64,000 nt of DNA from Acidobacteriota bacterium (GTDB taxonomy: Bacteria > Acidobacteriota > UBA6911), in NCBI GenBank assembly GCA_003225335.1, contig QHZE01000451.1, positions 2,612 to 66,611 of the forward strand, read 5' to 3'. Positions 1 through 10,800 of this stretch are shown here, in pieces (within the stretch, counting starts at the first letter, position 1; the number at the start of each line of letters is the position of its first letter). The notes below the pieces were generated by a model. It was given only the letters and a program-made list of their open reading frames with translations. It was not told where the DNA came from and did not search any database. A program made the translations under genes and the position numbers.

Positions 1-289
1 TCTTCTGAGCGGGGTGGCTTACAACGCGTCAAAGTTCGCGGCGACAGCGCTCGGCACGTCTGTCGGGCTGGAAGAAGGTAACAATGGTATTCGTGTGACG
101 AATATTTATCCAGGTGAGGTCAACACGCCGATCCTGGACGAACGCCCGCAACCCGTCAGCGAAGAACATCGAGCGCGAATCTTACAACCCGAAGACATTG
201 CGCTGGCCGCCGTGATGATCGCGCGCCTTCCGCCGCGCGCCCACATCCCGGAGCTCGTAATCAAGCCGACGCATCAGCCCTACGCATGA
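1..289 (+). CDS. short-chain dehydrogenase/reductase (SDR) family oxidoreductase, C-terminal fragment; gene starts upstream of the window
   Basis: The open frame runs from the window edge. The C-terminal SDR-like segment reads ...NIYPGEVNTPI... and stops at 287-289. Confidence 0.55.
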   Translation, partial: LLSGVAYNASKFAATALGTSVGLEEGNNGIRVTNIYPGEVNTPILDERPQPVSEEHRARILQPEDIALAAVMIARLPPRAHIPELVIKPTHQPYA

Positions 290-292
290 TTT

Positions 293-372
293 CGGATTGC
301 GGATTGAAAGACTGGGAAGAAAGCGATCTCGTATTTCAAATCCGCAATCGGAAATCCGCAATCGCCAATCGG
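293..372. repeat. family E palindromic element (AAATCCGCAATCG units) between convergent genes
   Basis: GGATTGCGGATT ... AATCCGCAATCGGAAATCCGCAATCG inverted and tandem units. Further copies at 22975-23016 and 32512-32563. Confidence 0.7.
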
Positions 373-373
373 G

Positions 374-1792
374 CTACGGGAAGATGCCCAGCTCCATGTA
401 GGCGCGGGCTATCTTCTCGATGGCGTTGAGAAAGGCAGACGTCCGCAGATCCTTGATCTTGGGGTTCCTGAGCTGCGTATCGCGCATTTCATGATATGCG
501 ACGGCCATGGTCTCTTCGAGTCCTGAGTTGACGAGGTCGAGCTCGTCCGCCCCTCGGACTATGGCCGAACGGTCACTTTCGCTGAACTGCTTTCCCGTGG
601 CAATCTCGATTGCCCGGAGCATCCGATTCTCCATGGTTTCCTGGTAGCGCTTCCCCATGCGTCCGAAACGAACGTGCGACAGGTTCTTCAGCCACTCGAA
701 GTAGGATACGGTCACGCCGCCCGCATTGGCGTATATATCCGGGATGACAAAGACTCCCTTTTCCTGAAGAATCGCCTCCCCCTCTGGGGTGGTTGGACCG
801 TTGGCCGCTTCGAGAACAATCTTTGCTTTGATTCTGGGAGCGTTCTCCGCCGTAATCTGATTTTCAAGGGCGGCGGGGATCAGGACGTCGCATTCCGATT
901 CCAGAACATCGTTGCTTCCGGGCAAGTTCGTGGCCCCGGGAGAATTGAGAATCGACCCTGTCTCTTTCTTATGCTGAAGCACCTGATCTTCATTGAGACC
1001 GCGGGTATTCAAAATTGCGCCTTCGCGCTCCGCTATCGCCACGACGGTCGCCCCGCCCTCGCGGCAGAACTTGGCGGCGTGATACCCTACGTTTCCAAGG
1101 CCCTGAATCGCAACGCGCTTTCCCTCAAGGCCCGAAGTCAGCCCCAGGGCTTTCATGTCGTCCTTCTGTGCGCACGCCTCCCGGAGAGCGTAAAACACGC
1201 CGCGACCTGTGGCCTCTCGCCTTCCACGGATTCCTCCCTGCGTGACCGGTTTGCCGGTGACACAGGCCAGGGCGTCAAGGTGGCCGGTGTTGATGGCCAT
1301 GTAGGTATCCGCAATCCAGGCCATTTCTCTTTCTCCCGTGCCGTAATCAGGGGCCGGCACGTCGATGCCCGGGCCTATGCAGTTCTTCTTGACCAGCTCA
1401 TGAGTGTAGCGCCGCGTGACGCGCTCCATCTGCTCCGCGGTGTATTTGCCAGCATCGATCTGCACCGCACCCTTGGCTCCGCCAAACGGCACATCGACGA
1501 TCGCGCACTTGTAAGTCATGAGAGCCGCAAGAGCCATGACTTCGTCTTCGTTGGCGTCCGGGCTGAAGCGAATCCCCCCCTTGACCGGCAGCTTGTGGTG
1601 GCTGTGCTCGACGCGCCACGCCGAAATGACCTCCACGCTGCCGTCCGGATTCCGAAGGGGGAACTTAAAGTGGTAAATGCTGTTGCAATACTTGATCTGA
1701 TCCAGAAGACCCTTGGGGAGACCGGTCAGCGCGGCGGCGTGATCAAAGTAGCGGAGCACGTTTTCAAAGAAACTCTGGTTGGATGCCGGCAT
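374..1792 (-). CDS. gdhA: glutamate dehydrogenase (Glu/Leu/Phe/Val dehydrogenase family)
   Basis: The 472 aa translation carries the GGAKG catalytic-lysine region (..[14 protein letters not shown]..) and a C-terminal Rossmann motif [10 protein letters not shown]. It aligns full length to NAD(P)-GDH. Confidence 0.9.
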   Translation of the reverse strand: MPASNQSFFENVLRYFDHAAALTGLPKGLLDQIKYCNSIYHFKFPLRNPDGSVEVISAWRVEHSHHKLPVKGGIRFSPDANEDEVMALAALMTYKCAIVDVPFGGAKGAVQIDAGKYTAEQMERVTRRYTHELVKKNCIGPGIDVPAPDYGTGEREMAWIADTYMAINTGHLDALACVTGKPVTQGGIRGRREATGRGVFYALREACAQKDDMKALGLTSGLEGKRVAIQGLGNVGYHAAKFCREGGATVVAIAEREGAILNTRGLNEDQVLQHKKETGSILNSPGATNLPGSNDVLESECDVLIPAALENQITAENAPRIKAKIVLEAANGPTTPEGEAILQEKGVFVIPDIYANAGGVTVSYFEWLKNLSHVRFGRMGKRYQETMENRMLRAIEIATGKQFSESDRSAIVRGADELDLVNSGLEETMAVAYHEMRDTQLRNPKIKDLRTSAFLNAIEKIARAYMELGIFP

Positions 1793-1867
1793 TGCAAACT
1801 CCTCTCAGGACCGCGATTCTGCCATATCCCGGGCACAGAACCCAAGCAAAGAACCAGAGGAGCTCGT

Positions 1868-1930
1868 GGTTCGGAGTTCAGGCTTTAGCCTGCTGCGGTC
1901 CAGCGCAGCCTGAAGGCTGAAACTCCAAAC
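1868..1930. repeat. family B palindromic element (GGTTCGGAGTTCAGGCTTTAGCCTG...CAGCCTGAAGGCTGAAACTCCAAAC)
   Basis: Two adjacent hairpin arms. Copies or half-copies at 4901-4962, 28302-28364, 28388-28448, 30682-30709 and 48199-48230. Confidence 0.75.
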
Positions 1931-1980
1931 TTGTCAATCACGTTTCTGCGGTGGCGTGCGATCAAATAAAACGGGCCCCC

Positions 1981-2011
1981 TTGTGGATAGACAGAAGCAA
2001 CAAAGTATAAT
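1981..2011 (+). promoter_or_regulatory. candidate sigma-70-type promoter (TATAAT at 2006-2011) upstream of the MBL-fold hydrolase gene
   Basis: Perfect -10 TATAAT 25 nt upstream of ATG 2036. Weak -35 (TTGTGG / GTGGAT). Confidence 0.3.
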
Positions 2012-2035
2012 GAGCCACCAACCTGGAGGAACAGA

Positions 2036-3091
2036 ATGCGCAAACTCATTTTAGTGGTTTGGGCGCTGTTGATGATTGGAATATCCGCCCAGCCCCAATC
2101 ACCGCAAAAGGGGCTGGATATCTATTGGTGCGATGTGGAAGGAGGAGCGGCCACTCTTATTGTCACCCCGGCTGGAGAATCCATACTGGTAGATTCCGGA
2201 TGGCCCGGGGAACGCGATGCGGCGCGCATAGCGAAGATCGCGAGGGAAGTTGCCGGATTGAAACAGATCGATCACCACCTCACGAGCCACTGGCACACCG
2301 ACCACTTCGGGGGCATCAGCGCTCTGGTGCAACAGATTCCCGTAAAGAACTTCTACGACCACGGGTTTCCGGCGTTGCCGGTCTCGGATATCCCGCCTGA
2401 GCTGGTGGAAGCCTATAAACGGGTCACCGCAGGAAAAACAACGGTGCTCAGGCCGGGGGATGGGATTCGACTGAAGCAGGCTCCGGGCAGCCCCCCGGTC
2501 TCGTTAAAGGTCGTGGCTTCGCACGGAGTGGTTTTGGGGGAGAAGGACGGCGCGCCGCAAGTGCGAGCCTGCAGCCCGGAGGCCAAGCACGAAGCCAGGG
2601 CAATCGACACATCCGACAATGCCCGCAGCCTGGCTTTCGTCCTCTCCTTTGGAGACTGGCAATTTTTCGACGCGGGAGACCTGACCTGGAATGTGGAGCA
2701 TAAACTCGTCTGTCCCCGAAACCTGGTCGGCACAGTCGACGTGTATCAGGTCACACACCACGGCATGGACATAAGCAACAACCCGGCGCTCGTGGAGGCG
2801 CTCCGGCCGCGCGTGGCCGTCATGAACAACGGCGCCAGCAAAGGCGGGTCTCCGGCCGCCGTCCGCATCGTGAAGGCATCGCCAGGGCTCCAGGGATTCT
2901 TCGCGCTTCATCGCAACATCCAGAGCGGGCCTGAGGACAATGCGTCTCCCGAGCTTACCGCCAACGACGAAGAGCAGTGCAAAGGGGAGTACGTGAAACT
3001 TGCGGTAGGCCCCGACAGCAAGTCCTACACGGTGAGCATCCCGTCCAAAGGAACCACAAGAAGTTACACGACTGCGCGCATTCACCGCTAA
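2036..3091 (+). CDS. MBL-fold metallo-hydrolase, secreted
   Basis: N-terminal signal peptide MRKLILVVWALLMIGISAQP. Metallo-beta-lactamase motif HHLTSHWHTDHFGG. Preceded by an AGGAGG RBS at 2025-2030. Confidence 0.7.
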   Translation: MRKLILVVWALLMIGISAQPQSPQKGLDIYWCDVEGGAATLIVTPAGESILVDSGWPGERDAARIAKIAREVAGLKQIDHHLTSHWHTDHFGGISALVQQIPVKNFYDHGFPALPVSDIPPELVEAYKRVTAGKTTVLRPGDGIRLKQAPGSPPVSLKVVASHGVVLGEKDGAPQVRACSPEAKHEARAIDTSDNARSLAFVLSFGDWQFFDAGDLTWNVEHKLVCPRNLVGTVDVYQVTHHGMDISNNPALVEALRPRVAVMNNGASKGGSPAAVRIVKASPGLQGFFALHRNIQSGPEDNASPELTANDEEQCKGEYVKLAVGPDSKSYTVSIPSKGTTRSYTTARIHR

Positions 3092-3140
3092 GACGCAAAA
3101 GACGCGAAGACGCGAAGAACCGCAAAGAAACGAAGAATCG
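3079..3140. repeat. family A element (GACGCGAAGA core), half copy
   Basis: ..TTCACCGCTAAGACGCAAAAGACGCGAAGACGCGAAGAACCGCAAAGAAACGAAGAATCG. Confidence 0.7.
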
Positions 3141-3156
3141 TCGCCAGGAGGCAGGA

Positions 3157-4749
3157 ATGATCAGACGCATTTTGCGGCTTGTCGCTGTGATTGCAGTGGC
3201 CGCCTTCGGGGCGCCGGCGCAGCCCCGGCAGAGTGATGCGAGGCTCGGGGCGCTGAAAGACGAGGCGGCGCAGGAAGTCGATCGGATGAAGGAATTCACC
3301 CAACAGGCCGTGGACCAGATCTTCAGCTTTGGCGAGCTCGGGTTCCAGGAATTTGAAACTTCACGTTATTGCATCAACATCCTGAAGAAGAACGGGTTCC
3401 GCGTGGAGGAGGGAATATCCGGCATGCCCACCGCGTGGATGGCGACCTGGGGATCGGGCAAGCCCGTCATCGCCCTGGGTTCCGACATCGACGGCATTCC
3501 GCAGGCTTCCCAGAAACCCGGCGTCTCTTACCGCGCGCCCCTTCTCCCCGGGGCGCCGGGCCATGGCGAAGGGCACAACAGCGGTCAAGCGGTCAACATT
3601 ACCGCCGCGCTGGTCGTGAAAAAGCTGATGGAGCGGGAGCGCTTGCCGGGGACCCTGAAGCTATGGCCGGGCGTGGCGGAAGAGCAGCTGGGCGCCAAAG
3701 CGTATTACGTTCGAGACGGATATTTCAAAGACGTGGATGCCGTGATCTTCTCCCATGTGAGCGACAACCTGAGCACCTCCTACGGTTCTGCGAACGGCAC
3801 CGGTCTGGTCTCGGTGCAGTACTCGTTTCAAGGAGAGAGCGCTCATGCCGCAGGAGCGCCCTGGAGAGCCCGCAGCGCTCTGGACGCCGTCGAGCTGATG
3901 GACATCGGCTGGAACTTCAAGCGCGAGCATCTGCGGCTGCAGCAACGCTCGCACTATGTCATCACAAACGGCGGCGATCAACCCAACGTCGTCCCGCCCA
4001 ACGCGTCGGTGTGGTATTTCTTCCGCGAGACGGAGTACCCGCGCATTCGAGAGATGTTTGAAATGGGCAATACCATCGCACAGGCGGCCGCAATGATGAC
4101 GGGCACCCAGGTCTCCTGGCGTCTCCTGGGCTCCGCCTGGCCGGCCCACTTCAACAAGGTCGTCGCCGAAACCATGGACGCGAACATCAAGAAGGCGGGT
4201 CTTCCGGTCTGGAGCGAAGCCGACCAGACCCTGGCGAAGGCGGTGCAGAGAGAGGTGAAGTCTGAAGAAAAGGGGCTCAGCAGCGAGCTTGCGCCCCTTG
4301 AAGCGCCCGTTAAAGACGAGGACAAACGAGGAGGCGGCTCGGACGATATCGGGGATGTGTCCTGGAACGTCCCCACGGTCACGCTGCGCTACCCATCCAA
4401 TATTCCCGGACTTCCCGGGCACAACTGGATCAACGCCGTGTCCATGGCGACGCCCATCGCCCACAAGGGAGCCACGGCGGGAGCGAAAGTGGCGGCGATG
4501 ACTGTGCTCGATCTCTTGATCCGGCAGGACCTCGTGCAGCAAGCCTGGGAGTATTTCCGGAATGTTCAGACCAAGGATGGGAAATACATTCCTTTCGTGA
4601 GTCCCGAGGACAAGCCGGCGATCGAGCTAAATAGGACGATCATGGAGCGCTACCGCCCGGAGATGCGGAAATACTATTACGATCCATCCCGGTACAAGAC
4701 GTATCTGGAGCAGCTGGGAATTTCCTACCCCACCGTACGCAAGGAGTAG
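3157..4749 (+). CDS. M20-family amidohydrolase/peptidase (AbgB/aminoacylase-like), secreted
   Basis: The ORF call at 2977 runs through a family-A repeat. The true start is ATG 3157, behind RBS AGGAGG, followed by the signal peptide MIRRILRLVAVIAVAAFGAPAQ. M20D-type motifs are present (GSDIDGIPQ.., HGEGHN). Confidence 0.75.
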   Translation: MIRRILRLVAVIAVAAFGAPAQPRQSDARLGALKDEAAQEVDRMKEFTQQAVDQIFSFGELGFQEFETSRYCINILKKNGFRVEEGISGMPTAWMATWGSGKPVIALGSDIDGIPQASQKPGVSYRAPLLPGAPGHGEGHNSGQAVNITAALVVKKLMERERLPGTLKLWPGVAEEQLGAKAYYVRDGYFKDVDAVIFSHVSDNLSTSYGSANGTGLVSVQYSFQGESAHAAGAPWRARSALDAVELMDIGWNFKREHLRLQQRSHYVITNGGDQPNVVPPNASVWYFFRETEYPRIREMFEMGNTIAQAAAMMTGTQVSWRLLGSAWPAHFNKVVAETMDANIKKAGLPVWSEADQTLAKAVQREVKSEEKGLSSELAPLEAPVKDEDKRGGGSDDIGDVSWNVPTVTLRYPSNIPGLPGHNWINAVSMATPIAHKGATAGAKVAAMTVLDLLIRQDLVQQAWEYFRNVQTKDGKYIPFVSPEDKPAIELNRTIMERYRPEMRKYYYDPSRYKTYLEQLGISYPTVRKE

Positions 4750-4758
4750 CCCGCCGTT

Positions 4759-4812
4759 TAGCCACAGAGCCACGGAGACACAGAATCTCTGTGTCTCCGT
4801 GGCTCTGTGGCT
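4759..4812. repeat. family C perfect palindrome (AGCCACAGAGCCACGGAGACACAGA / TCTGTGTCTCCGTGGCTCTGTGGCT)
   Basis: 25 nt perfect arms around ATCTC. Related copies at 24673-24735, 40838-40896 and 41020-41040. Confidence 0.8.
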
Positions 4813-4900
4813 AAACATTGGATTTGCCTCGATCCACTAGGCCCTCTTGGTGGACACAAAGTTCACAAAATGGTCAAATTTTTGCGTCATCGCGGGCGCA

Positions 4901-4962
4901 GGTTCGGAGTTCAGCCTTCAGGCTGCACTGGCGCCGGGCAGGCTAAAGCCTGAACTCCAAAC
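4901..4962. repeat. family B element
   Basis: GGTTCGGAGTTCAGCCTTCAGGCTGCACTGGCGCCGGGCAGGCTAAAGCCTGAACTCCAAAC. Confidence 0.75.
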
Positions 4963-4984
4963 GGGCCGTGCCACGAAGCCATCG

Positions 4985-5075
4985 TGTCACGGGCGTCTCG
5001 CCCGTGACTGACTGGGCGGTATGAGGCTCACTCGCTATGAATAGCGAGCAGACCTCATACCGCCGAGGGTAGGGA
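4985..5075. repeat. family F element (CACGGGCGTCTCGCCCGTG hairpin plus TGAGGCTCACTCGCTAT..ATAGCGAG hairpin)
   Basis: Second copy at 55296-55445 in the opposite orientation. Confidence 0.7.
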
Positions 5076-5225
5076 ACCGCCGATGCACGCCGATTAACGC
5101 CGATGGAAACATCCGCGTCCATCGGCGTTCATCGGCGGTTTCAAACTCTCAGACTGCCCTTCTCTCAACCATGGCTCTCGTACGAAACTTGACCAGTTTG
5201 TGAACTTCGTAGCTGGCTAGTCTGG

Positions 5226-5783
5226 CTAGGCCCGAGATTGCTCCACTTCGGCTGTGCAGATACGCAGGGACTTTGCGATGGGCGTCAGATGAGTTTTCAG
5301 AGCAGTTCGCCCACGATTCAGCCGCGACATAACGGTTCCGAGCGGTATGCTCAGCATGGCGGCTATTTCTTTGTAGGAGAACTCCTGGACGTCGGCGAGG
5401 AGCAGTACGGCGCGGAAGTCTTCGGGCACCTTCTTAAGAGCGGCAAGAACATCCTCGTCCGTGATCTGCTCGGGTGTCGGGGGCTCATAGGTCAGGAGGT
5501 CTTCCAGCGCATTCTCGCTCTCTCTGCGCAACCATAATGAGAACCATTTCCGCCGATGATGGTGGATGACGTGAAACAGGATCTTGAACAACCACGCCCT
5601 GCAGTTCGTTCCGGGCGTGAACCGATGGAAAGACTTCCAGGCTTGTAGATACGTCTCCTGCACCAGATCTTCCGCTTCAGTCCGGTTCCCTATGATCTTG
5701 GCTGCGGTCCTGTAAAGAGAATCCAGATGAGGCAACGCCGCGCTTTCAAACTGTTCGAGACTGGCCTTCTCGGTGGTCTCCAT
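5226..5783 (-). CDS. ECF-type sigma-70 family RNA polymerase sigma factor
   Basis: 185 aa. Region 2 reads ..DLVQETYLQAWKSF... Region 4 HTH reads ..FSYKEIAAMLSIPLGTVMSRLNRGR.. Confidence 0.85.
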   Translation of the reverse strand: METTEKASLEQFESAALPHLDSLYRTAAKIIGNRTEAEDLVQETYLQAWKSFHRFTPGTNCRAWLFKILFHVIHHHRRKWFSLWLRRESENALEDLLTYEPPTPEQITDEDVLAALKKVPEDFRAVLLLADVQEFSYKEIAAMLSIPLGTVMSRLNRGRTALKTHLTPIAKSLRICTAEVEQSRA

Positions 5784-5896
5784 GATTTCACGCTAGACGA
5801 TCAGGTTTGCGAGCGCGGAACGTTCCCGGCTGTAGTGATCCTGTCTATGGTTTTCGAACGCCTTTCGGAGTGATGAATGCCGGTACGCTGGGGCGC

Positions 5897-6175
5897 CTAT
5901 GCCATTCGTCCGGTGCCGTCCGTTCTCAGCATTTCAGCAAGGAACGATGAGCAGTTGGTCAGATTCACCTGGCGCTCCAAGAGGTTCCTGAGGAGCCTTA
6001 GCCCGTCACGGTCCGCAAACGAGACTTCACCAATGTCCAGTGTGAGTTTGTGGCCGCCTTGGAAACGCCTTTCACAGTATGTCGCAACCTCCGTAACCCA
6101 CGGACCAATCAAATCACCTTCCAGTTTCACAACGACTCGGTCGCCCGAAAGGCCGCCTTCTGAGATTCTCACCAT
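5897..6175 (-). CDS. STAS-domain protein (anti-sigma-factor antagonist-like)
   Basis: 92 aa. Pattern VVVKLEGDLIGPW...LTLDIGEVSFADRDGLRLL is typical of SpoIIAA/STAS. Lies immediately upstream of the ECF sigma gene on the same strand. The frame stays open upstream of the annotated ATG, so the start is uncertain. Confidence 0.5.
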   Translation of the reverse strand: MVRISEGGLSGDRVVVKLEGDLIGPWVTEVATYCERRFQGGHKLTLDIGEVSFADRDGLRLLRNLLERQVNLTNCSSFLAEMLRTDGTGRMA

Positions 6176-6379
6176 CTGCTGTTTCCCACTCTTTCCACTT
6201 GGTAATGGAACAGATGCAACTGGCCTGCCAATCCGGCGTCATCGGCTCTACTCCTCTCGTAACCCACAAGTCTAGAGAGATTTGATCGAAGCAAGGCAAC
6301 ACGCGACCCGTCGGCGGGCCCTCGAAATTTCGTGGAAAGGAGACTCGTCCATCCACGCGTGAGGCCAAAACTACGATAT

Positions 6380-6426
6380 TTTGTGGGTGAAAAGAAGGGC
6401 GCCGCCTCCAAGACGCGAAGAATCAC
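6380..6426. repeat. family A element, half copy
   Basis: TTGTGGGTGAAAAGAAGGGCGCCGCCTCCAAGACGCGAAGAATC. Confidence 0.6.
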
Positions 6427-6438
6427 TAAGGATTCTAT

Positions 6439-7894
6439 TCACGGCTTTTGACGGGTTACTCGGCGGTGGATGCCGAGTTTCTTCATCCTGCTGCGGAGTG
6501 TGTTGGGGTGGAGGTTGAGAATCTTTGCGGCGCCTCTGGGGCCTTCGATGACCCACGCTGATTTCTCGAGGACTGAAAGAATGTGGTGGCGCTCGACATC
6601 CTCGAGGGTGCCGGAACCTGGTGCGCTTGAGGCGTGGTCCGCCTGCACGGCGACCTCCTGGGCCACGGCATGGGTCCCAGGGGGTTCCGCGGACATGGCC
6701 GAAGGGGAAAGGGACGGGGAAGCGGAAAGTGTGGGAAATAGCACACGTTCGAGCTTGAGAACCGGTCCGGTGGACAATACTGCCGCGCGCTGCAAAACAT
6801 TTTGGAGCTCTCGAATATTGCCGGGCCAGGAATAACTGGCGAGGAGGTCCATAGTGTCCTGAGCAACCTTGTCAATCTTCTTTCCGATCCGCTTCGCAAA
6901 ACGGGTCAGGAAAAACGTCACGAGTTGGGGAATGTCCGACTGGCGTTCCCGAAGCGGCGGGATCGTGAGAGGAAACACGTTAAGGCGGTAGTACAGGTCG
7001 GCACGGAGCTGCCCTGCCGCGACCGCCTGGGCAAGGTCGCGATTGCTGGCAGCGATAATGCGCACATCCACTCGAAGGGTGCGGCTGCTCCCCACGGGCT
7101 CGAATTCCTGTTCTTGCAGGACGCGCAGGAGCTTGACCTGGGTTTCCAGCGGGAGCTCCGAGACTTCGTCCAGAAACAGGGTGCCTCCGTTAGCCAGCTC
7201 GAAACGCCCCGTGCGAGCAGTGATAGCGCCGGTGAAAGCTCCTTTGACGTGACCGAAGAGCTCGCTTTCGACCAGGCCCGCGGATATGGCGCCGCAATTG
7301 ACCTTCACGAGCGGCCGATCTTTCCGGGCGCTGCGGGCATGGATGGCGCGGGCTATAAGCTCTTTGCCGGTTCCTGTTTCGCCGTAGATCAGAACCGTAG
7401 AGTCGGTCGGGGCCACCCTTTCCACCTGACCCAGCAGGTCCAGCAGGGCAGGGCTGCTTCCCACGATCTCTTCGAAGTTGTGCTCGCGCCGGATTTCCTC
7501 CTGCAGGTAGATATTTTCAGCGCGAAGCCGGTTCTTGAGCGTTTCGACCTCTGCGAGCGCTGCGCGAAGCTCCTCTTCGGCCCGGCGCCGGAGGGCGACC
7601 TCCTGCTTCATCTCTGCGTAGAGACGGGCGTTTGTGAGAGAGATGGCGGCTTGAGACGAGAGTATGTGCATGATCCTGATGCGGTCGGCTGTGAAGGCGT
7701 CCGTCGTCAGGTTGTTCTCGAGGTACAGAATCCCCCCGAACTTTCCCTGGTGAACTACCGGCACGCAAAGGATCGATTTGGGCCGCGCCGAGCAGATGTA
7801 GGGGTCCCCCCAAAACCTCTCATCAACCGGGGCATTGCCCAGAACGATGCTCTCTCCGGTTTTGCGAACGTAGTGGACGACGGCCTGAGAAAAA
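6439..7894 (-). CDS. C-terminal part of a giant regulator: GAF (C-terminal half), sigma-54-interaction AAA+ domain and Fis-type HTH. The frame is open upstream of the annotated ATG at 7764 and joins the upstream ORF through a frameshift near 7890-7895.
   Basis: Walker A GETGTGKE, the GAFTGA loop and ESELFGH are all present. The C-terminal HTH reads ..[21 protein letters not shown]. Translating upstream of the ATG gives GAF continuation [29 protein letters not shown].. Confidence 0.8.
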
Positions 7895-10800
7895 AGATCC
7901 GAGGAAGAACCCTCTTTGCGCGCCGGCTTTTTCCAGAGCGATCTTCATGAGTTTGCGCAAGAGATCTTCGAGGACGATTTCGACGGCGATGACGTGGGCA
8001 GCTTTTGAAACGGTAGAAATGTCGAGGGGAGAAGGTTGCGGATCTCTTTCAATCCCGGCAACCGACGGCTCTCCTGGCGATGTCCCGCCGTAGGGTCGGC
8101 CCTGTGTGGCCGCCCGATCTGCCGACGCAGGGGCGCCCCTACGGCCACTTTCGTCTTCGTCTCGATCACACCCTGAACCGGCAGGGAAAGCCGTGAGCTC
8201 CGAGTCGAGCAGGTCCCGTGCCAATAAATTCGGATACTTTTCCTCCAAAGCTTTCACTTTAGCCGCGGCGCCCCACTCCTGGTAAAGACGGCGGGCCCGG
8301 CGAAGGTAGAGCGCAGCGATTTCTTCGTTGCTTTGCTGCAGCCAATATCGGGCATAAAGCTCGTTTGCGATGGCCTCGTTGGGAAGGTTTTGCGTCTCGC
8401 GCGCATACCGAAGCGCTTCCTGGTACGTATCCATGGCCGCGACCTCATGCCCGCAGACACGCTCCAGCTCGGCTCCAAGCAGCAGGGAATAGCAACGGAA
8501 ATTCTCCGGACAATTCTCTGCGAGGAAAGCCAGAGATTTCGCCAGCCGCTGAAGTTCTTGCTCCGAATCCCGGCGTTCCGCATGGCCGGCATGGGAGCAG
8601 CGTGCGGCCAGCGTGACGCCGTAGAGAAAGTCCAGCAGAACCGGCCAGATCGTTCCACCGAGAGAGTGTATTACCTGGCGGGCGTTTCGAGCGTTTTCGT
8701 AGGCCTTCTCGTATTCTTCGAACAGGACACTGAGATGAAGCTTGACCACGTAAAGGAAGGTCATGAAGAAAGGGTTGTTGCTGTAAGCCCGGACATAGGC
8801 ATCCTCGTCAAAGTCCTCGGCGGTAAGTTGGAGCGCGGACGAGGTCAGGCCCTGGAGGGCCCGCGCCCAATTCAGAATGACCTTTTGAGCGTCCACGAAG
8901 CTGTCCATCTTGAGCTTCTTGATCAGTTGCAGGTTCGGCGAATAATCGCGGACAAAGAGGGCCAGGTCCCGGCTGGTGAGGAACGCGGGCCAGGTCTCGG
9001 TGAAGGCCCCGTAGTTTGCGTAAGTGAAATCGCCGGTCTCCAGGCCGCTGCGGCAGGCTTCGCGCGCATGCGGGATGCAAGTCCGCATCGGCCGCCGCCA
9101 GAGGTTGACATGGGCGTTGAATTGCTGATGGACTTTGGCTCGCCGCTTGCGATCGTTGAGGCGTTCATTGACGCTCAACGCAAGCCTCCCGAACCGGTAC
9201 GCAGACTCGTAGTCTCCTCTGACGGGACCCACTGTGATCGCGTGAGTCACATAACCGTACGCGGACTCCTCGATGTTTCCGTGCGTCAGTGAAAGGCGGA
9301 CCATCGTTGCGGAGATAAGGCGGGTGAGAGCCTGATCTCCCAAGATATAGGCAGGCGCCCATAGGGCGGTGAGGATTCCCATCACCAACCGGATCTCCGG
9401 ATCCGCCATCACAGGCAGATCGACCAGGGAATCAATGGTCCGGTTGCCGAGGATGCTCCGGATGCCGTTCAGCTCGGCCTCGAGCGCGGATTCCTTGCCG
9501 GCCTCGGAATCGGGAAACGTAACACCGAAGAGCTCAAGGCCCTCCTTGCCGGCCTGAACGGCGAGAGCGTAGCGAGACATGTTCTCGTACTGGACGACTT
9601 TCAGATTGCAGACCTGAGCCTTGTCCAATCGCGTTCGAGCTCGTTGAAGGATATGGTCGAAGCAGCGCTGCGCCTCGTTGAAATGGCCGCACAGGTACGC
9701 GCATTCGGCAGCCTCAATCTGGAGGTCGAACATGAGCTGATAATCGGAATTCCACGAGTCTTCCGTGAGGAGATCCCTTCCTGCTTTGAGATAGGTCAGG
9801 GCGGCCTCGTAGGCGGTCGAGAACTTCGCCTTCCGGCCGGCGTTCAGGTTCAGCCGCGCCAATTGAAGGCGCTCGGCATCGTCCGTAATCAAACCCGCGC
9901 CGCGGTTCAAGTGGTGGACGATGTCAAAAAGCTTCTCGTCCAGGACGGCGGGATCGGACCGCTCCAGGAGCAGACGGCCGACAGTACCGTGGATGAGCTG
10001 TTTTTCTCCGTCCGGGATCAAGGCGTAGGCCGCTTGCTGAACACGGTCATGCAGAAATGAGTATGCGGGGATGGGATGGGCGACGTCCTCGGACTGCTCT
10101 GGAGACGCATCGTACGACGGTGCAGCCGGCAAGAGCAGCTGCTCATCAAAAACTTGCTGGAGATCGTTTGCGGCCGCGTCGCGTGATTGCTGGCTGACGA
10201 TGGCAAGCGTGGACAGGTCGAAAGGGTTTCCAATGCAAGAGGCAAGCGTCAGGGCGCGCTGAGTCTTGGGCGAGAGGCGCTGGATCTTCCGCGTCATGAG
10301 GTCGATGACGTTGTCCGTCATTGCCGCTCCTACAATGGCATCCATCTGAAAAATCCAGAAGCCGCGGTCGTAGTCGAACTCGAGCAGCCCTTCCTGACGC
10401 AACGCCTTCAAGAACTGCTGCACGAAGAAAGGGTTTCCATCAGTTTTCTGCAGAACCAGACGGGCGAGAGGCTCGGCCTCCTCGAGTTTTCGATGGAGGG
10501 TGTCGCCGATCAGGAGAGTAAGATCTCGAAGTCCCAGCGCATTCAGGAAGAGGCGCTGTATCGGAGCGCCGGCCGATTCCAGCGCGCTTAGCGTTCTCGT
10601 CAACGGATGACTGGCATCGACTTCATTGTCACGGTAGGCGCCCATCAAGAAAAGGTGCCCGATGTCGGAGCTGGTGAGGAGCGGTCTCAGCAGACCCAGT
10701 GTGGCCGCGTCGGCCCATTGCAGGTCGTCCAGAAAAATGACGAGCGGATGGTCCCGGCGCGCCAGTGCCGTGAGCAGGTTTTGGAATACGAGCTGAAATC

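Noticed and set aside
674-1888. Long antisense ORFs opposite well-supported genes. Examples: 674-1888, 3661-4542, 8333-9292, 38659-40620, 55579-56469, 56680-58197, 59014-60108, 60008-60757 and 62647-63999.
   Set aside because: They are a high-GC artefact. Each lies entirely within and opposite a gene with clear family motifs. None has an RBS or recognisable motifs.
2977-3156. N-terminal extensions of ORF calls through repeats (2977, 18232, 46892, 14257, 53575).
   Set aside because: The extensions translate palindromic repeat DNA (Arg/Lys/Asp-rich nonsense). In each case an internal ATG with a Shine-Dalgarno and a signal peptide or conserved N-terminus gives the expected protein length.
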